A DNA stretch of 17,061 nt from Nitrospirota bacterium (GCA_020351835.1 CP070669.1:2107918-2124978); one strand, 5' to 3'. Positions 1 through 9,711 are shown, numbered from the stretch's first letter. Made by a program: numbers and translations. Notes: generated from the sequence alone by a model not told the origin.

Positions 1-2830
1 ACGATTCGGCCTTAGCGTAAGCTATACCGAAATCCGCGTCGATCCCCATCACCTCTCCTGTAGACTTCATCTCGGGGCCGAGGATAGTATCGACATTAGA
101 GAACCTGTCGAAAGGAAAGACAGCCTCCTTCACGGCAATATGCTCTATGACAGGGTCATTAACAAGTCCCAGGTCCTTCAGCTTTCGTCCGGCCATTACC
201 TTAGCTGCCATCTTAGCAAGCGGTATCCCCGTAGCCTTGCTCACATAGGGTATGGTCCTTGAAGCTCTCGGATTGACCTCAAGAATGTAAATATCATTAT
301 CCTTCACGGCGAACTGGACGTTCATCAGGCCTATTACTCCAAGTTCCATGGCAAGCTCTCTGGCCTGTTTCTTTATCTCTTCGACCACCGGTGTCCCGAG
401 CGAATAAGGAGGTATTGAGCACGCCGAGTCACCTGAATGCACTCCCGCCGCCTCGATATGCTCCATGACTCCTCCGATGATGACATCATCTTCATCCGAC
501 AGAGCATCCACATCTACCTCGGTAGCATCCACTATATATTTATCCACAAGTACAGGATGTTCGGGGGAGGCCTTGACTGCCCTTTGCATATAATCTATAA
601 GGGATGCTTCATCATAAACTATCTCCATCGCCCTCCCGCCCAGCACATAAGACGGTCTGACCATACATGGATAACCTATCTCAGAAGCCACACTTACCGC
701 TTCATCAGAGCTCATTGCTGTTCCACTGTCGGGCTGTTTAAGTCCCAGCTTGTGCAGGAGATCTTTGAACCTCTTACGGTCCTCTGCTCTGTCGATGGCA
801 TCTGGAGGTGTGCCAAGTATCTTTACCCCTTCCTTTTCAAGAGGGACGGCAAGCTTAAGAGGTGTCTGCCCTCCGAACTGCACTATTACGCCCTCGGGCC
901 TCTCGACCTCTATTATGTTCATTACATCCTCAAGCGTAAGCGGTTCAAAATATAACCTGTCGGATGTATCATAATCCGTACTGACAGTTTCCGGATTGCA
1001 GTTGACCATTATTGTCTCGAAGTCCTCTTCCTTAAGTGAGAAAACGGCATGTACACAGCAATAGTCGAACTCTATCCCCTGCCCTATCCTGTTAGGGCCG
1101 CTGCCGAGTATCATTACTTTCTTCCTTTCTGAAGGTAACGATTCACATTCTGTGACAGGGGTCTGCGCTTTTTTGCCTTTCAGTATGCTCCTGAACGGCT
1201 TTTCATAAGTGGAATAAAGGTACGGTGTGTACGCTTCGAACTCGGCGGCACAGGTATCGACCATCTTGTAGACGCCTCTCATGCCGGCAGACGCTCTGGC
1301 GCCGCGTATATCTTTCTCTTCAACACCTACCAGCTCAGCTATCCTTCTGTCCGAAAATCCCATGGACTTTGACTTAAGAAGCATATCGCGGTCTTCCATG
1401 ATCCTGTTCCCCTTCTCAGAGATTATCGCTTCGAACTCTACTATCTCGCGCATATTATTAAGGAACCATGGATCGATCATCGTTATCTCATATATCTCGC
1501 CAATGTTCATTCCACGACGGATAGCCTCAGCTACATACCATATCCTGTCGCTGTTAGGCACCTTCATCTTCTCCCTCAGTTCCTCATCGTCACAGTCCCT
1601 GTTCTCCAACCCATAGCTATCCAGTTCGAGGCTCCTTATTGCCTTTTGAAATGACTCCTTAAAAGTCCTTCCTATTGACATGACCTCACCTACGGACTTC
1701 ATCTGGGTCGTAAGCGTCGGGTCGGTCTCCGGGAACTTCTCGAAAGCGAAACGGGGCACCTTGGTCACTACGTAATCTATGGTAGGCTCGAAGCTCGCGG
1801 GGGTCTCTCTCGTTATATCGTTCTTTATCTCGTCAAGGGTAAGCCCTATCGCAAGCTTTGCCGCGATCTTAGCTATGGGGAAACCCGTCGCCTTTGAAGC
1901 AAGCGCTGAGGATCTCGACACACGCGGGTTCATCTCAATAACTACCATCCTGCCGTCCTCAGGGTTAAGGGCGAACTGTATATTACTGCCCCCGGTATCC
2001 ACTCCTATCTCCCTTATGATATCTATAGATGCATCCCTCATCCTCTGATACTCTTTGTCACTCAGGGTCTGTGCCGGGGCAACGGTTATCGAATCACCGG
2101 TGTGAACACCCATCTGGTCAAAATTCTCTATAGAACAGATGATGACGACATTATCGGCATTGTCCCTCATTACTTCGAGCTCGAACTCCTTCCATCCTAT
2201 AATGGATTCTTCAACAAGTACCTGACTGACAGGGCTGAGCTTAAGGGCGTTCTCAAGCAACACTTTATACTCTTCCATATTGTATGCAACGGCCCCTCCG
2301 GTACCTCCCAGCGTGAACGCCGGCCTTAATATAGCAGGGAACCCTATCTTGTCGATTATATCCATACCATCATCCATCTTCTCCACAGCCGCTGACACAG
2401 GCAGGTCAAGACCTATCTTATACATCGCATCCCTGAACAGGTCACGGTCCTCTGCTTTCTTGATGGCCGGAAGCTTCGCCCCGATAAGCTCTACCCCGTA
2501 TTTATCAAGGACACCTCCTTCGGACAGTTCTACGGCGAGATTAAGTGCGGTCTGGCCTCCCATCGTGGGCAGAATAGCGTCAGGCCTTTCCTTCTCTATA
2601 ATGAGCTCAAGTATCTCTTTCGTTAAGGGCTCAACATATGTTGAATCTGCCATCTCGGGGTCGGTCATAATTGTGGCCGGATTGGAGTTCACCAGTATCA
2701 CCCTGTAGCCCTCTTCCCTGAGGGCCTTGCAAGCCTGTGCGCCCGAGTAATCGAACTCGCACGCCTGACCTATCACGATCGGCCCCGACCCGATTATAAG
2801 AATGTTTTTTATGTCATCTCTCTTAGGCAT
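1..2830 (-). CDS. carB: Carbamoyl-phosphate synthase large subunit; C-terminal end lies beyond the left window edge (~943 codons present)
   Basis: Absent from the ORF track because it runs off the edge. The minus strand is open from the ATG (complement of 2828-2830). It reads [70 protein letters not shown]..., the canonical CarB N-terminus. The second ATP-grasp half is visible ([25 protein letters not shown]...). At the left edge the frame reads ...[44 protein letters not shown]. The + strand ORFs at 437-2708 are antisense shadows. Confidence 0.95.
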   Translation of the reverse strand, partial: MPKRDDIKNILIIGSGPIVIGQACEFDYSGAQACKALREEGYRVILVNSNPATIMTDPEMADSTYVEPLTKEILELIIEKERPDAILPTMGGQTALNLAVELSEGGVLDKYGVELIGAKLPAIKKAEDRDLFRDAMYKIGLDLPVSAAVEKMDDGMDIIDKIGFPAILRPAFTLGGTGGAVAYNMEEYKVLLENALKLSPVSQVLVEESIIGWKEFELEVMRDNADNVVIICSIENFDQMGVHTGDSITVAPAQTLSDKEYQRMRDASIDIIREIGVDTGGSNIQFALNPEDGRMVVIEMNPRVSRSSALASKATGFPIAKIAAKLAIGLTLDEIKNDITRETPASFEPTIDYVVTKVPRFAFEKFPETDPTLTTQMKSVGEVMSIGRTFKESFQKAIRSLELDSYGLENRDCDDEELREKMKVPNSDRIWYVAEAIRRGMNIGEIYEITMIDPWFLNNMREIVEFEAIISEKGNRIMEDRDMLLKSKSMGFSDRRIAELVGVEEKDIRGARASAGMRGVYKMVDTCAAEFEAYTPYLYSTYEKPFRSILKGKKAQTPVTECESLPSERKKVMILGSGPNRIGQGIEFDYCCVHAVFSLKEEDFETIMVNCNPETVSTDYDTSDRLYFEPLTLEDVMNIIEVERPEGVIVQFGGQTPLKLAVPLEKEGVKILGTPPDAIDRAEDRKRFKDLLHKLGLKQPDSGTAMSSDEAVSVASEIGYPCMVRPSYVLGGRAMEIVYDEASLIDYMQRAVKASPEHPVLVDKYIVDATEVDVDALSDEDDVIIGGVMEHIEAAGVHSGDSACSIPPYSLGTPVVEEIKKQARELAMELGVIGLMNVQFAVKDNDIYILEVNPRASRTIPYVSKATGIPLAKMAAKVMAGRKLKDLGLVNDPVIEHIAVKEAVFPFDRFSNVDTILGPEMKSTGEVMGIDADFGIAYAKAES

Positions 2831-2841
2831 ATATCCTTCTG

Positions 2842-3447
2842 TCAGGTCTTCACCACATAACTGTTCAGAGTATCTACCACTTTTTTTGCCTCGGCATCGG
2901 AAGTAGTCGTGAAAACGACCTGATCGCTGTCTGCAAAGCGGGCAACTACGTTATAGAACTCCTTTACCTCTCCAAAGCCCGGGATCACAGTCCCGTGCTG
3001 AAGCGCTATCTTCTCTACCACGGCCACGCCATCAGGGTTTTCGGGCTCTATCCTTATATATTCGACATCGAACTGTCTTAGTTCGCTAAAGTCTTTTCCA
3101 ATGACCCTGCTTCCCAGGTTCCTTTTAAGGGTAAGAGTGACGACACCTGACCCCTTGTCGACCTCGGTAATAAGAACGGGGGCCTTGAATATGAACGTCC
3201 GGGACAACGGGAATATTATCACAAATATGACCGCTGCAACCAGGTAATGTATAAGACCGATCTCTCCAAGAACAGCCATAGAAATGAGATATATAACGAT
3301 AAACACAGCCGACACAAAACTTGAAGCGAGTTCCTTATTGAATATACCGCTATGAAGGACACTGCCCCTGTCCACCTTAAACGATGATGTCTGAAGCATT
3401 ACACTGTCCGCTCCTGTCCTTATCTCATGTCCTCCTTCAAGTCCCAC
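2842..3447 (-). CDS. Hypothetical two-TM membrane protein inserted between carA and carB
   Basis: A 201-codon ORF fills the whole carA-carB gap, 6 nt after the carA stop and 11 nt before the carB start. The start in the track is GTG (complement of 3445-3447), preceded by AAGGA 9 nt upstream. An alternative ATG lies at 3397-3399. Two adjacent hydrophobic helices ([20 protein letters not shown] / [19 protein letters not shown]) are followed by a ~115-aa soluble domain. I recognise no family motif. Confidence 0.6.
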   Translation of the reverse strand: MGLEGGHEIRTGADSVMLQTSSFKVDRGSVLHSGIFNKELASSFVSAVFIVIYLISMAVLGEIGLIHYLVAAVIFVIIFPLSRTFIFKAPVLITEVDKGSGVVTLTLKRNLGSRVIGKDFSELRQFDVEYIRIEPENPDGVAVVEKIALQHGTVIPGFGEVKEFYNVVARFADSDQVVFTTTSDAEAKKVVDTLNSYVVKT

Positions 3448-3453
3448 CGGGTT

Positions 3454-4578
3454 TTATCCTTTCAAGATCAACTCTTTGAATCTGTTGAATATATGCGAGG
3501 AATCGTGAGGGCCCGGGCCAGCCTCGGGATGATGCTGCACTGAAATGACAGGGAGTTCCACATGCTCCATGCCTTCCTCGGTACCGTCATAAAGGTTCCT
3601 GTGTGTAAGCTTTACTTTATCCCCGAGGCTCTTTATATCAACGCAATAGTTATGGTTCTGGGAAGTTATCTCAACTCTTCCGGTTGCAAGGTCCTTCACG
3701 GGATGGTTCCCGCCATGGTGGCCGAACTTCAATTTATATGTATCTCCGCCCATAGCAAGACCGAGGATCTGGTGTCCCAGGCATATACCGAACACCGGTT
3801 TCTTACCCAGAAGTTTTTTTGCATTTTCTATCCCGTACTTAACAGCTCCGGGATCACCGGGGCCGTTGCTCAAAAAGACCCCGTCGGGATCCATCTCCAG
3901 AACTTTGTCTGCCGGCGTCCTGGCCGGAACGACCTTGATATCGAAACCGGCATCATTCATGTGACGCAATATGTTCAGCTTGACCCCGAAATCATAAACT
4001 ACCACTGTGGGTAAGCGACCCTTGTTGCTCTTGTCTTCCGATCCATGCTCCCACCTCCAGACGCTTTCATGAGGATTATACTCTTTTTTTGACGTTACCA
4101 GCTCGACAAGATCAACCCCGTCTATGCCGGGATGCTGTCTGACCTTATCTAACAGGTACTCGGGCTCTGATCCCGTTGATGAGATAACACCCATCTGGGC
4201 GCCGTTATCCCTGATATGTCTCGTGAGCGCTCTGGTATCTATCCCCTGAATGCCTACTATTCCGTTGTCCTCAAGATATTGTCCGAGCGAACCCCTGGAG
4301 CGCCAGTTGCTCGGATACTCGAGGTACTCCTTTACGATAAATCCCTCGACCTTAGGACCACCTATCGATTCGATGTCCTCCTCGTTAACCCCGTAATTAC
4401 CCATCTGAGTATAGGTCATAGTTACTATCTGCCCCTTATATGAGGGATCGGTAAGGATCTCCTGATAACCAGTCATGGATGTATTGAACACTACCTCTCC
4501 TATGGTCTCTCCGAACGCGCCGAAGGGCTCTCCATCAAATACTGTACCGTCCTTAAGTACCAGACAGGCCTTCTTCAT
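3454..4578 (-). CDS. carA: Carbamoyl-phosphate synthase small (glutamine amidotransferase) subunit
   Basis: 374 aa. The N-terminus LVLKDGTVFDGEPFGA...GEVVFNTSMTGYQEILTDPSYKGQIV is typical CarA. The class-I GATase triad context is present: GICLGHQ (nucleophile Cys) and VQHHPE. A 4-nt ATGA overlap with the upstream pyrC stop (4575-4578). Confidence 0.97.
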   Translation of the reverse strand: MKKACLVLKDGTVFDGEPFGAFGETIGEVVFNTSMTGYQEILTDPSYKGQIVTMTYTQMGNYGVNEEDIESIGGPKVEGFIVKEYLEYPSNWRSRGSLGQYLEDNGIVGIQGIDTRALTRHIRDNGAQMGVISSTGSEPEYLLDKVRQHPGIDGVDLVELVTSKKEYNPHESVWRWEHGSEDKSNKGRLPTVVVYDFGVKLNILRHMNDAGFDIKVVPARTPADKVLEMDPDGVFLSNGPGDPGAVKYGIENAKKLLGKKPVFGICLGHQILGLAMGGDTYKLKFGHHGGNHPVKDLATGRVEITSQNHNYCVDIKSLGDKVKLTHRNLYDGTEEGMEHVELPVISVQHHPEAGPGPHDSSHIFNRFKELILKG

Positions 4579-5870
4579 CTCTCATCCACCATGAGGTCGT
4601 GAACTTTCCCCTTGCATAAGGTCATTACCGGCCTCCCCTTTAATATCATGCCGTTAAAAGGCGTGTTCTTTCCCTTTGATAAGAATCTATCGCAGTCGAC
4701 CTCGAACTCTGCTTCTCTGTCCACGATAACTACATCGGCATCTGATCCCTCGCTCAACGTTCCCTTATTCAATCCAAGGATAGACGCAGGCGACAGAGAC
4801 ATCTTTGATACCAGTCCGTTCATATCCAGTACACCTTGCACAACGAGTCCGAGGCTCATTGACAGGGCCGTCTCGAGACCCGATATCCCTGGGGCGGCCT
4901 TATCGAACTCGCAAAGCTTCTCATCCTGATGATGGGGAGCATGGTCCGTAGCTATAACATCTATTGTTCCATCGGAAAGGCCTCGTTTTATAGCTTCCAC
5001 ATCCCTATCGGTCCGGAGAGGAGGATTGACCTTTGCAAAGGTGTTATATCCCATTGCCAATTCTTCTGTGGTCGTGAAATAGTGAGGACATGTTTCCGCA
5101 GTAACGTTTATTCCATCGCTTTTTGCCCTTCTGACCGCCTCCACCCCCTCTTCTGTTGATATATGCGCAATATGCAGCCTTCCTCCGGTAAGACCGGCAA
5201 GATCGATGTCCCTTTTTATCATGATTATTTCGGCTTCGCGGGGTATTCCCTTTAATCCGAGAAGGTTAGACAACCTTCCCTCGTTCATTACGCCATCCGC
5301 CGACAGCGAACTATCCTCTGCATGAGATATTACCGGCGTGCCGAAGACCTTGGTGTACTCAAGTGCCCTTCTCATGATCATGCTGTTCATTACCGGACGG
5401 CCGTCATCAGAGAAAGCAATACATCCGGCATCGAACATCATCCCCATCTCCGCAAGTTCGGCACCTTCCTGTCCCTTGGTTATTGCTCCTATCGGATACA
5501 CATAACAGGACCCTTCGGCAAAGGCCTTCCTCAGGATGAACTCCGTAACGGTCTCATTATCATTTACCGGTTTTGTATTAGGCATGCAGCATACTGAAGT
5601 AAATCCCCCCCTTACAGCGGCCAGTGTACCGGTCCGTATCGTCTCCTTATACTCGAAGCCGGGCTCCCTAAGATGAACGTGCATGTCAACAAGACCAGGC
5701 ATTACGTAAAGACCTGACGCATCTACTATCCTGATCTCAGGATCGTTGGCCTTTACCTTTATGTTCTTCCCTGTCTTTAATATTGTACGGCCCTCGACAA
5801 GCAGGTCACCTTTGGAATCCAGTCCCTGCGAGGGATCTACGATATGCCCGTTCCTGATAAGAACCTTCAT
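4575..5870 (-). CDS. pyrC: Dihydroorotase (amidohydrolase superfamily)
   Basis: 431 aa. Metal-binding motifs [10 protein letters not shown] and ATDHAPH are present, and the length matches the long-type DHOase of pyr operons. It overlaps pyrB by 4 nt (5867-5870). Confidence 0.94.
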   Translation of the reverse strand: MKVLIRNGHIVDPSQGLDSKGDLLVEGRTILKTGKNIKVKANDPEIRIVDASGLYVMPGLVDMHVHLREPGFEYKETIRTGTLAAVRGGFTSVCCMPNTKPVNDNETVTEFILRKAFAEGSCYVYPIGAITKGQEGAELAEMGMMFDAGCIAFSDDGRPVMNSMIMRRALEYTKVFGTPVISHAEDSSLSADGVMNEGRLSNLLGLKGIPREAEIIMIKRDIDLAGLTGGRLHIAHISTEEGVEAVRRAKSDGINVTAETCPHYFTTTEELAMGYNTFAKVNPPLRTDRDVEAIKRGLSDGTIDVIATDHAPHHQDEKLCEFDKAAPGISGLETALSMSLGLVVQGVLDMNGLVSKMSLSPASILGLNKGTLSEGSDADVVIVDREAEFEVDCDRFLSKGKNTPFNGMILKGRPVMTLCKGKVHDLMVDER

Positions 5871-6802
5871 TGCTCTTTCTCCTTTGACCTGCCCAGGAGA
5901 TAAATAACGGCCATCCGTACGGCAACACCGTTCGTCACCTGCTCAAGAATGACCGAACGCTCATCATCAGCCACCTCCGATGCGATCTCTATGCCTCTGT
6001 TCATCGGTCCCGGATGCATCACTATAGCCTCAGGATCCGCCATATTCAGTCTTTCACGTGTAAGGCCCCAGAACCTGGAATACTCATCGCTTGACGGGAG
6101 GAACCCTCCTCCCTGTCTTTCCCTCTGTATCCGAAGCATCATTATCACATCAGCTCCCTTTAGCCCTTCATCCATGTCATAATGGATATCGATACCCTCT
6201 TCGTTTATATGAGAAGGCACGAACGTGGGAGGGGCTATAAGTCTGACCTCGGCACCGAGCTCCCTGAGGCAATATATGTTCGATTTGGCAACCCGGCTGT
6301 GAAGGATATCACCTACTATGGCTATCTTTAGCCCTTCGATCTGTGTCTTATGCTCCATGATCGTAAATGCATCGAGGAGGGCCTGGGTCGGATGTTCGTT
6401 TATCCCGTCACCTGCATTAAGTACCGATGCATCAGAGTGCTGAGCTATAAAATGCGGTACGCCGCTTGAGGCATGGCGTATTATTATGTAATCAACTCCA
6501 TATGACTCGATAGTAGCGATAGTATCCAGAAGGCTCTCTCCTTTTACCACGCTGCTTGTAGGGACAGAAAAGTTCACAACATCGGTGCTCAATCTCTTTG
6601 CAGCAAGCTCAAAAGATGTTCTCGTCCTTGTCGAAGGCTCGAAAAAAAGATTGAACACCGTTCGTCCGCGAAGGGCCGGGACCTTCTTAATGTCACGCTT
6701 CAGAACGTCCTTAAAACCCGAGGCCGTTTCAAGAACAAGGGATATCTGCTCTCTGGTCATTCCCCTTATGCCAAGAAGGTCCTTTTGTCCAAGCGAGCTC
6801 AC
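5867..6802 (-). CDS. pyrB: Aspartate carbamoyltransferase catalytic subunit
   Basis: 311 aa with the ATCase signatures [21 protein letters not shown] and HPGPMNRG. It overlaps the pyrR stop by 4 nt (6799-6802). Confidence 0.97.
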   Translation of the reverse strand: MSSLGQKDLLGIRGMTREQISLVLETASGFKDVLKRDIKKVPALRGRTVFNLFFEPSTRTRTSFELAAKRLSTDVVNFSVPTSSVVKGESLLDTIATIESYGVDYIIIRHASSGVPHFIAQHSDASVLNAGDGINEHPTQALLDAFTIMEHKTQIEGLKIAIVGDILHSRVAKSNIYCLRELGAEVRLIAPPTFVPSHINEEGIDIHYDMDEGLKGADVIMMLRIQRERQGGGFLPSSDEYSRFWGLTRERLNMADPEAIVMHPGPMNRGIEIASEVADDERSVILEQVTNGVAVRMAVIYLLGRSKEKEQ

Positions 6803-7347
6803 TCTTCACCCTCTGATCTTTTCAATATTACCTCGTCCTTTCCTGCATCTTCCTTGAACACAACCTCTATCGTTTCGTTCTTTGAGGTCGGGATATTCTT
6901 CCCGGCATAATCAGCCCTTATCGGAAGTTCTCTGTGTCCACGGTCTATCAATACCGCAAGCTGAATTACCGCGGGCCTGCCTATGTCCATCAATGCGTCC
7001 ATAGCCGCTCTTATGGACCTGCCGGTAAAAAACACGTCATCTACAAGGATGACTACCTTTCCGTTAATATCGAAAGGGACATCGGTCCTTCTTATCCTCG
7101 GCTGCTCGTCCCGTATGTCCAGGTCATCCCTGTACATCGCTATGTCAAGAGTGCCGACCTGTACTTTCTGCCCCTCTATCAGATCTATCCTATCGGAGAG
7201 CCTCCTCGCCATATGAACCCCTCCCCTCTGTATACCGATCAGGCAGACATCCACAACCCCCTTATTGTTCTCTATTATCTCGTGCGCTATTCTGGATATA
7301 GCCCGTTCCATGTCGCTCTTGTCCAGCAGTATTTTAGGATCTGTCAT
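6799..7347 (-). CDS. pyrR: Bifunctional pyrimidine operon attenuation regulator / uracil phosphoribosyltransferase PyrR
   Basis: 182 aa, collinear with Bacillus PyrR as I remember it: [12 protein letters not shown], the PRPP-binding loop [21 protein letters not shown], and [26 protein letters not shown]. It is the first gene of the operon. Confidence 0.93.
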   Translation of the reverse strand: MTDPKILLDKSDMERAISRIAHEIIENNKGVVDVCLIGIQRGGVHMARRLSDRIDLIEGQKVQVGTLDIAMYRDDLDIRDEQPRIRRTDVPFDINGKVVILVDDVFFTGRSIRAAMDALMDIGRPAVIQLAVLIDRGHRELPIRADYAGKNIPTSKNETIEVVFKEDAGKDEVILKRSEGEE

Positions 7348-7380
7348 AGGTCATTCCCCGATCAATAAAGGTCTTTGGAC

Positions 7381-7413
7381 AAAAAAAAACCTTTCCCCGA
7401 TCAGAGGAAAGGT
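7381..7413 (-). terminator. Intrinsic terminator / attenuator hairpin in the pyr leader
   Basis: The minus strand reads A-CCUUUCC-UCUGAUCGG-GGAAAGG-UUUUUUUUU. This is a 7-bp stem (7390-7396 / 7406-7412), a 9-nt loop and a 9-U tract (complement of 7381-7389). It lies 34 nt upstream of the pyrR ATG and downstream of the promoter at 7494-7522, so it sits inside the leader. It would also stop read-through from nadA. Confidence 0.8.
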
Positions 7414-7454
7414 CTCGTTATTATCTTTTTTTCCAACAGTATCTCCTTTACCTT

Positions 7455-7474
7455 ATTAGCCGCGCGGGACTAAT
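7455..7474 (-). promoter_or_regulatory. Candidate PyrR-binding loop (anti-antiterminator hairpin)
   Basis: The minus strand reads AUUAG-UCCCGCGCGG-CUAAU, with a perfect 5-bp AUUAG/CUAAU stem. The core AGUCC-CGCGC-GGCU has the same flanks and length as the remembered PyrR site AGUCC-AGAGA-GGCU, but the central 5 nt differ. It sits between the promoter and the terminator, as in Bacillus-type pyr leaders. Confidence 0.45.
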
Positions 7475-7493
7475 TTAAAAGTAATGCTTGTCT

Positions 7494-7522
7494 ATTAAAG
7501 CATATCCGGAAGAAATTGTCAA
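7494..7522 (-). promoter_or_regulatory. Sigma70-type promoter of the pyr operon
   Basis: On the minus strand: TTGACA (complement of 7517-7522), a 17-nt spacer, then TTTAAT (complement of 7494-7499). It lies between the nadA stop (7559) and the leader hairpins. The predicted transcript start is near 7487, giving a ~140-nt leader. Confidence 0.6.
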
Positions 7523-7558
7523 AAAAGACATACTCCGGTCGAGATACAGTTTTGATGG

Positions 7559-8542
7559 TCAAACGATCGCCAGCATCTTGTCGAGTGCCTCTTTGGCGGG
7601 GACCCTGATATCCTCGGGGACCTTGATAACATTTACCATGTTCTCAAGGGCGTTCACGACACTTTCAAGACGCGTCTTCTTCATGTTAGGACATATCATG
7701 TCCTTTCTCAGCGGGTGGAACATCTTCCCGGGGTTCTCTTTCCCTAGCCTGTACATCAGGCCTACCTCCGTACCCACTATGAACTCTTTAGCATCAGATC
7801 CCCTGGCAAACCTGAGCATCCCTGAAGTGCTCGTTACATGATCGGCGGCCTCACAGACCTCGAGCCGGCATTCCGGATGTGCCATCAGGACCGCATCAGG
7901 ATGGTCAGCTCGCGCTTTCTCAACATCCTTTACAGTGATCCTGTCATGTACATGGCAGAAACCATCCCATGCAATGATCTTCTTGCCGGTGTTCCTGGCC
8001 GCCCACATTGACAGGTTCTTGTCCGGTATGCAAATGATCTCCTCCTGCGGGATGGATTCAATGACCTTAATTACATTTGATGACGTGCAACATATATCAC
8101 TCTCGGCCTTGATGTCCGCTGTTGTATTAACGTAGGTCACTACCGCCGCATCAGGATATTTCTCCTTTATATCCCTCAGGGTAAAATCGTGGGGGAAAAC
8201 GAAAGCCGGCTGCTCAGTATAACCCGGGAAGTTCTTCCATACCTTCCTCTCACCCCTTACTCTGATCATATCTGCCATGGGGCAGTTCGCTTCAAGTTCC
8301 GGAAGCAATACCGTTTTATCGGGAGAAAGGATCGAAGCGCTCTCAGCCATAAAATTGACACCGCAGAACACTATTACATCGCAGTCCACCCCGGCGGCCT
8401 GCCTTGACAGCTCAAGAGAGTCGCCAGTAAAGTCCGCTATGTCCTGAACCTCGTCCCTCTGGTAATTATGCGCAAGTATAACGGCGTTGCGCTTTTTCTT
8501 CAAACTGATGATCCGGTCCTGGAGAACTGCGATATCGGTCAT
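7559..8542 (-). CDS. nadA: Quinolinate synthase
   Basis: 327 aa. NAVILAHNYQRDEVQDIADFTGDSLELSRQA, FCGVNFMAESA, CPMADMI, YVNTTADIKAESDICCTSSNV, PDKNL and MAHPECR are the NadA three-domain repeat signatures, including the Cys ligands of the 4Fe-4S cluster. The start codon directly abuts the stop of the upstream transglycosylase gene (8543). Confidence 0.93.
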   Translation of the reverse strand: MTDIAVLQDRIISLKKKRNAVILAHNYQRDEVQDIADFTGDSLELSRQAAGVDCDVIVFCGVNFMAESASILSPDKTVLLPELEANCPMADMIRVRGERKVWKNFPGYTEQPAFVFPHDFTLRDIKEKYPDAAVVTYVNTTADIKAESDICCTSSNVIKVIESIPQEEIICIPDKNLSMWAARNTGKKIIAWDGFCHVHDRITVKDVEKARADHPDAVLMAHPECRLEVCEAADHVTSTSGMLRFARGSDAKEFIVGTEVGLMYRLGKENPGKMFHPLRKDMICPNMKKTRLESVVNALENMVNVIKVPEDIRVPAKEALDKMLAIV

Positions 8543-9247
8543 CTAAAAGCTTTCATCCGTGAACTCAAGGGGGGTGTCAGTAAAGAGAAGCGTGCCGTCG
8601 CTCAGAACGATCTTGAATATCGGCCTGGATATGGCGTCTTTTTTCATCGGCACATAGCTGAACCTTTCCTCACCGCCGTACAGTGCCAGTATCTTTCTTA
8701 CATATTTGTATGTCTCCGTGTTCTTCGAGAAGTTTACTTTCTTCATCACCCTCGTAGGTCCGGCGTTGTATGCGGCAAGGGACTTTCGAAGGTCCCCCTT
8801 GAACATGTCAAGAAGCATCCTGAAGTATCTTACCCCTCCGGAAATGTTCTCCTCAGGGTCGAACGGATCACTAACAGAAAGGGATTTGGCCGTCATAGGC
8901 ATAAGCTGCATCAACCCCATTGCACCCTTTGAGGAGATCGCCTCGGGATACCAGTTCGATTCAACCGTGATCATGGCCCTTATGAGCTCGGGGTCTACGG
9001 AGTATTCTTCAGCTAATCTTTTGGCAATGGGGAAATATTTACCTACGTTCTTATAGAAATTGCCCTTCACCAAATTAAGGCTGTTTGAAGCGTACTGCTT
9101 GGACCTGGATAAAAGGCTTGCACTACCTTCATAAGGGATATCCGAGTACACTATAACACCTTCAGCATTCTCGTACCTGTAAATATCGGCTGTTACCGGA
9201 CTACATAATGATAACAATACAATTAAAAGAATAGAGCTCCTCAACAT
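8543..9247 (-). CDS. Secreted soluble lytic murein transglycosylase (SLT domain) flanked by DUF4124-like segments
   Basis: 234 aa. Signal peptide MLRSSILLIVLLSLCSPVTA. The SLT catalytic core is ITVESNWYPEAISSKGAMGLMQLMP...AYNAGP. An N-terminal DIYRYENAEGVIVYSDIP and a C-terminal IFKIVLSDGTLLFTDTP both resemble the DUF4124 motif. Confidence 0.85.
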   Translation of the reverse strand: MLRSSILLIVLLSLCSPVTADIYRYENAEGVIVYSDIPYEGSASLLSRSKQYASNSLNLVKGNFYKNVGKYFPIAKRLAEEYSVDPELIRAMITVESNWYPEAISSKGAMGLMQLMPMTAKSLSVSDPFDPEENISGGVRYFRMLLDMFKGDLRKSLAAYNAGPTRVMKKVNFSKNTETYKYVRKILALYGGEERFSYVPMKKDAISRPIFKIVLSDGTLLFTDTPLEFTDESF

Positions 9248-9253
9248 ACTGTG

Positions 9254-9282
9254 ACTATAGCACTATCAGATAAATAAGTCAA
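9254..9282 (-). promoter_or_regulatory. Sigma70-type promoter placed for a leaderless transcript of the transglycosylase gene
   Basis: On the minus strand: TTGACT (complement of 9277-9282), a 17-nt spacer, then TATAGT (complement of 9254-9259). Six nt (CACAGT) follow, then the ATG (complement of 9245-9247). No Shine-Dalgarno sequence is present. Confidence 0.5.
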
Positions 9283-9346
9283 TATTTACAATGTGTTATG
9301 GCACCGATATTAAAGCCGGCCCGCTTAAAGGCAACAAGGGGAACTT

Positions 9347-9634
9347 TTAGTGACCTTTTGAAGCATTTATCCTGATAAGAAACACCAGTTCCCCGGCCGA
9401 TTCCTTCGTATCGATCATCTCATGGCCATACCTTCCGGCAAAGGATATCATATCAGCTTTCGATCCCGGGTCCGATGAAATAATCTTAAGGACCTGACCA
9501 TCTGCCATTTGCCCTATCTCCTTTTTAGCACTGAGTACGGGTATGGGACAGTTGAACCCCTTAACATCTAAAGTTCTGTCAGCCCGGTGTTCTTCCTTTA
9601 GTTCATCTGGTCCATTATCTTTATCAATATCCAT
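9347..9634 (-). CDS. TusA/SirA-family sulfur-carrier protein with ~20-aa acidic N-terminal extension
   Basis: 95 aa. LDVKGFNCPIPVLSAKKEIGQMADGQVLKIISSDPGSKADMISFAGRYGHEMI matches the TusA fold signature, with the CPxP active-site Cys followed by xSDPGS. The RBS AAGGGG lies 7 nt upstream of the ATG. Confidence 0.8.
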   Translation of the reverse strand: MDIDKDNGPDELKEEHRADRTLDVKGFNCPIPVLSAKKEIGQMADGQVLKIISSDPGSKADMISFAGRYGHEMIDTKESAGELVFLIRINASKGH

Positions 9635-9683
9635 TAATTACCCCTTTGTCACAGGATAAATCATAATTCTATTCAGGACCAAA

Positions 9684-9711
9684 TTGCAATTCATCTGCAA
9701 TTGATTATAAT
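9684..9711 (+). promoter_or_regulatory. Candidate sigma70 promoter in the divergent intergenic region
   Basis: TTGCAA (9684-9689), a 16-nt spacer, then TATAAT (9706-9711) on the + strand. The -35 lies inside the 10-bp perfect palindrome AATTGCAATT (9682-9691). ATTATAAT is itself palindromic, so a -10 hexamer also reads on the minus strand toward the TusA-like gene. Confidence 0.4.

Noticed and set aside
437-2708. Seven + strand ORFs of 74-172 aa (437-955, 750-974, 1281-1616, 1779-2048, 2102-2329, 2280-2708)
   Set aside because: All lie antisense to an uninterrupted carB reading frame with unmistakable CarB sequence. Their translations are low-complexity (Ser/Ile/Leu-rich) with no recognisable motifs. 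They are typical shadow ORFs.
8192-8263. Apparent ~20-25-aa insertion in NadA between CPMADMI and the YVNTTA motif (RVRGERKVWKNFPGYTEQPAFVFP)
   Set aside because: This rests only on my memory of the spacing in other NadA proteins. It may be a normal subfamily feature. It cannot be established without an alignment, so it is not reported as a finding.
3562-8932. + strand ORFs antisense to carA, pyrC, pyrB, pyrR, nadA and the transglycosylase (e.g. 3562-4014, 4612-4929, 6934-7368, 7488-7841, 8468-8932)
   Set aside because: Each overlaps a strongly supported minus-strand gene. None has a family signature. Several span gene junctions, which real genes would not.
9248-9346. Possible terminator after the TusA-like gene (TAAAGCCGGCCCGCTTAAAG)
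   Set aside because: Only ~4 contiguous base pairs can form (AAGC/GCTT), and there is no U-tract. This is not a credible intrinsic terminator.
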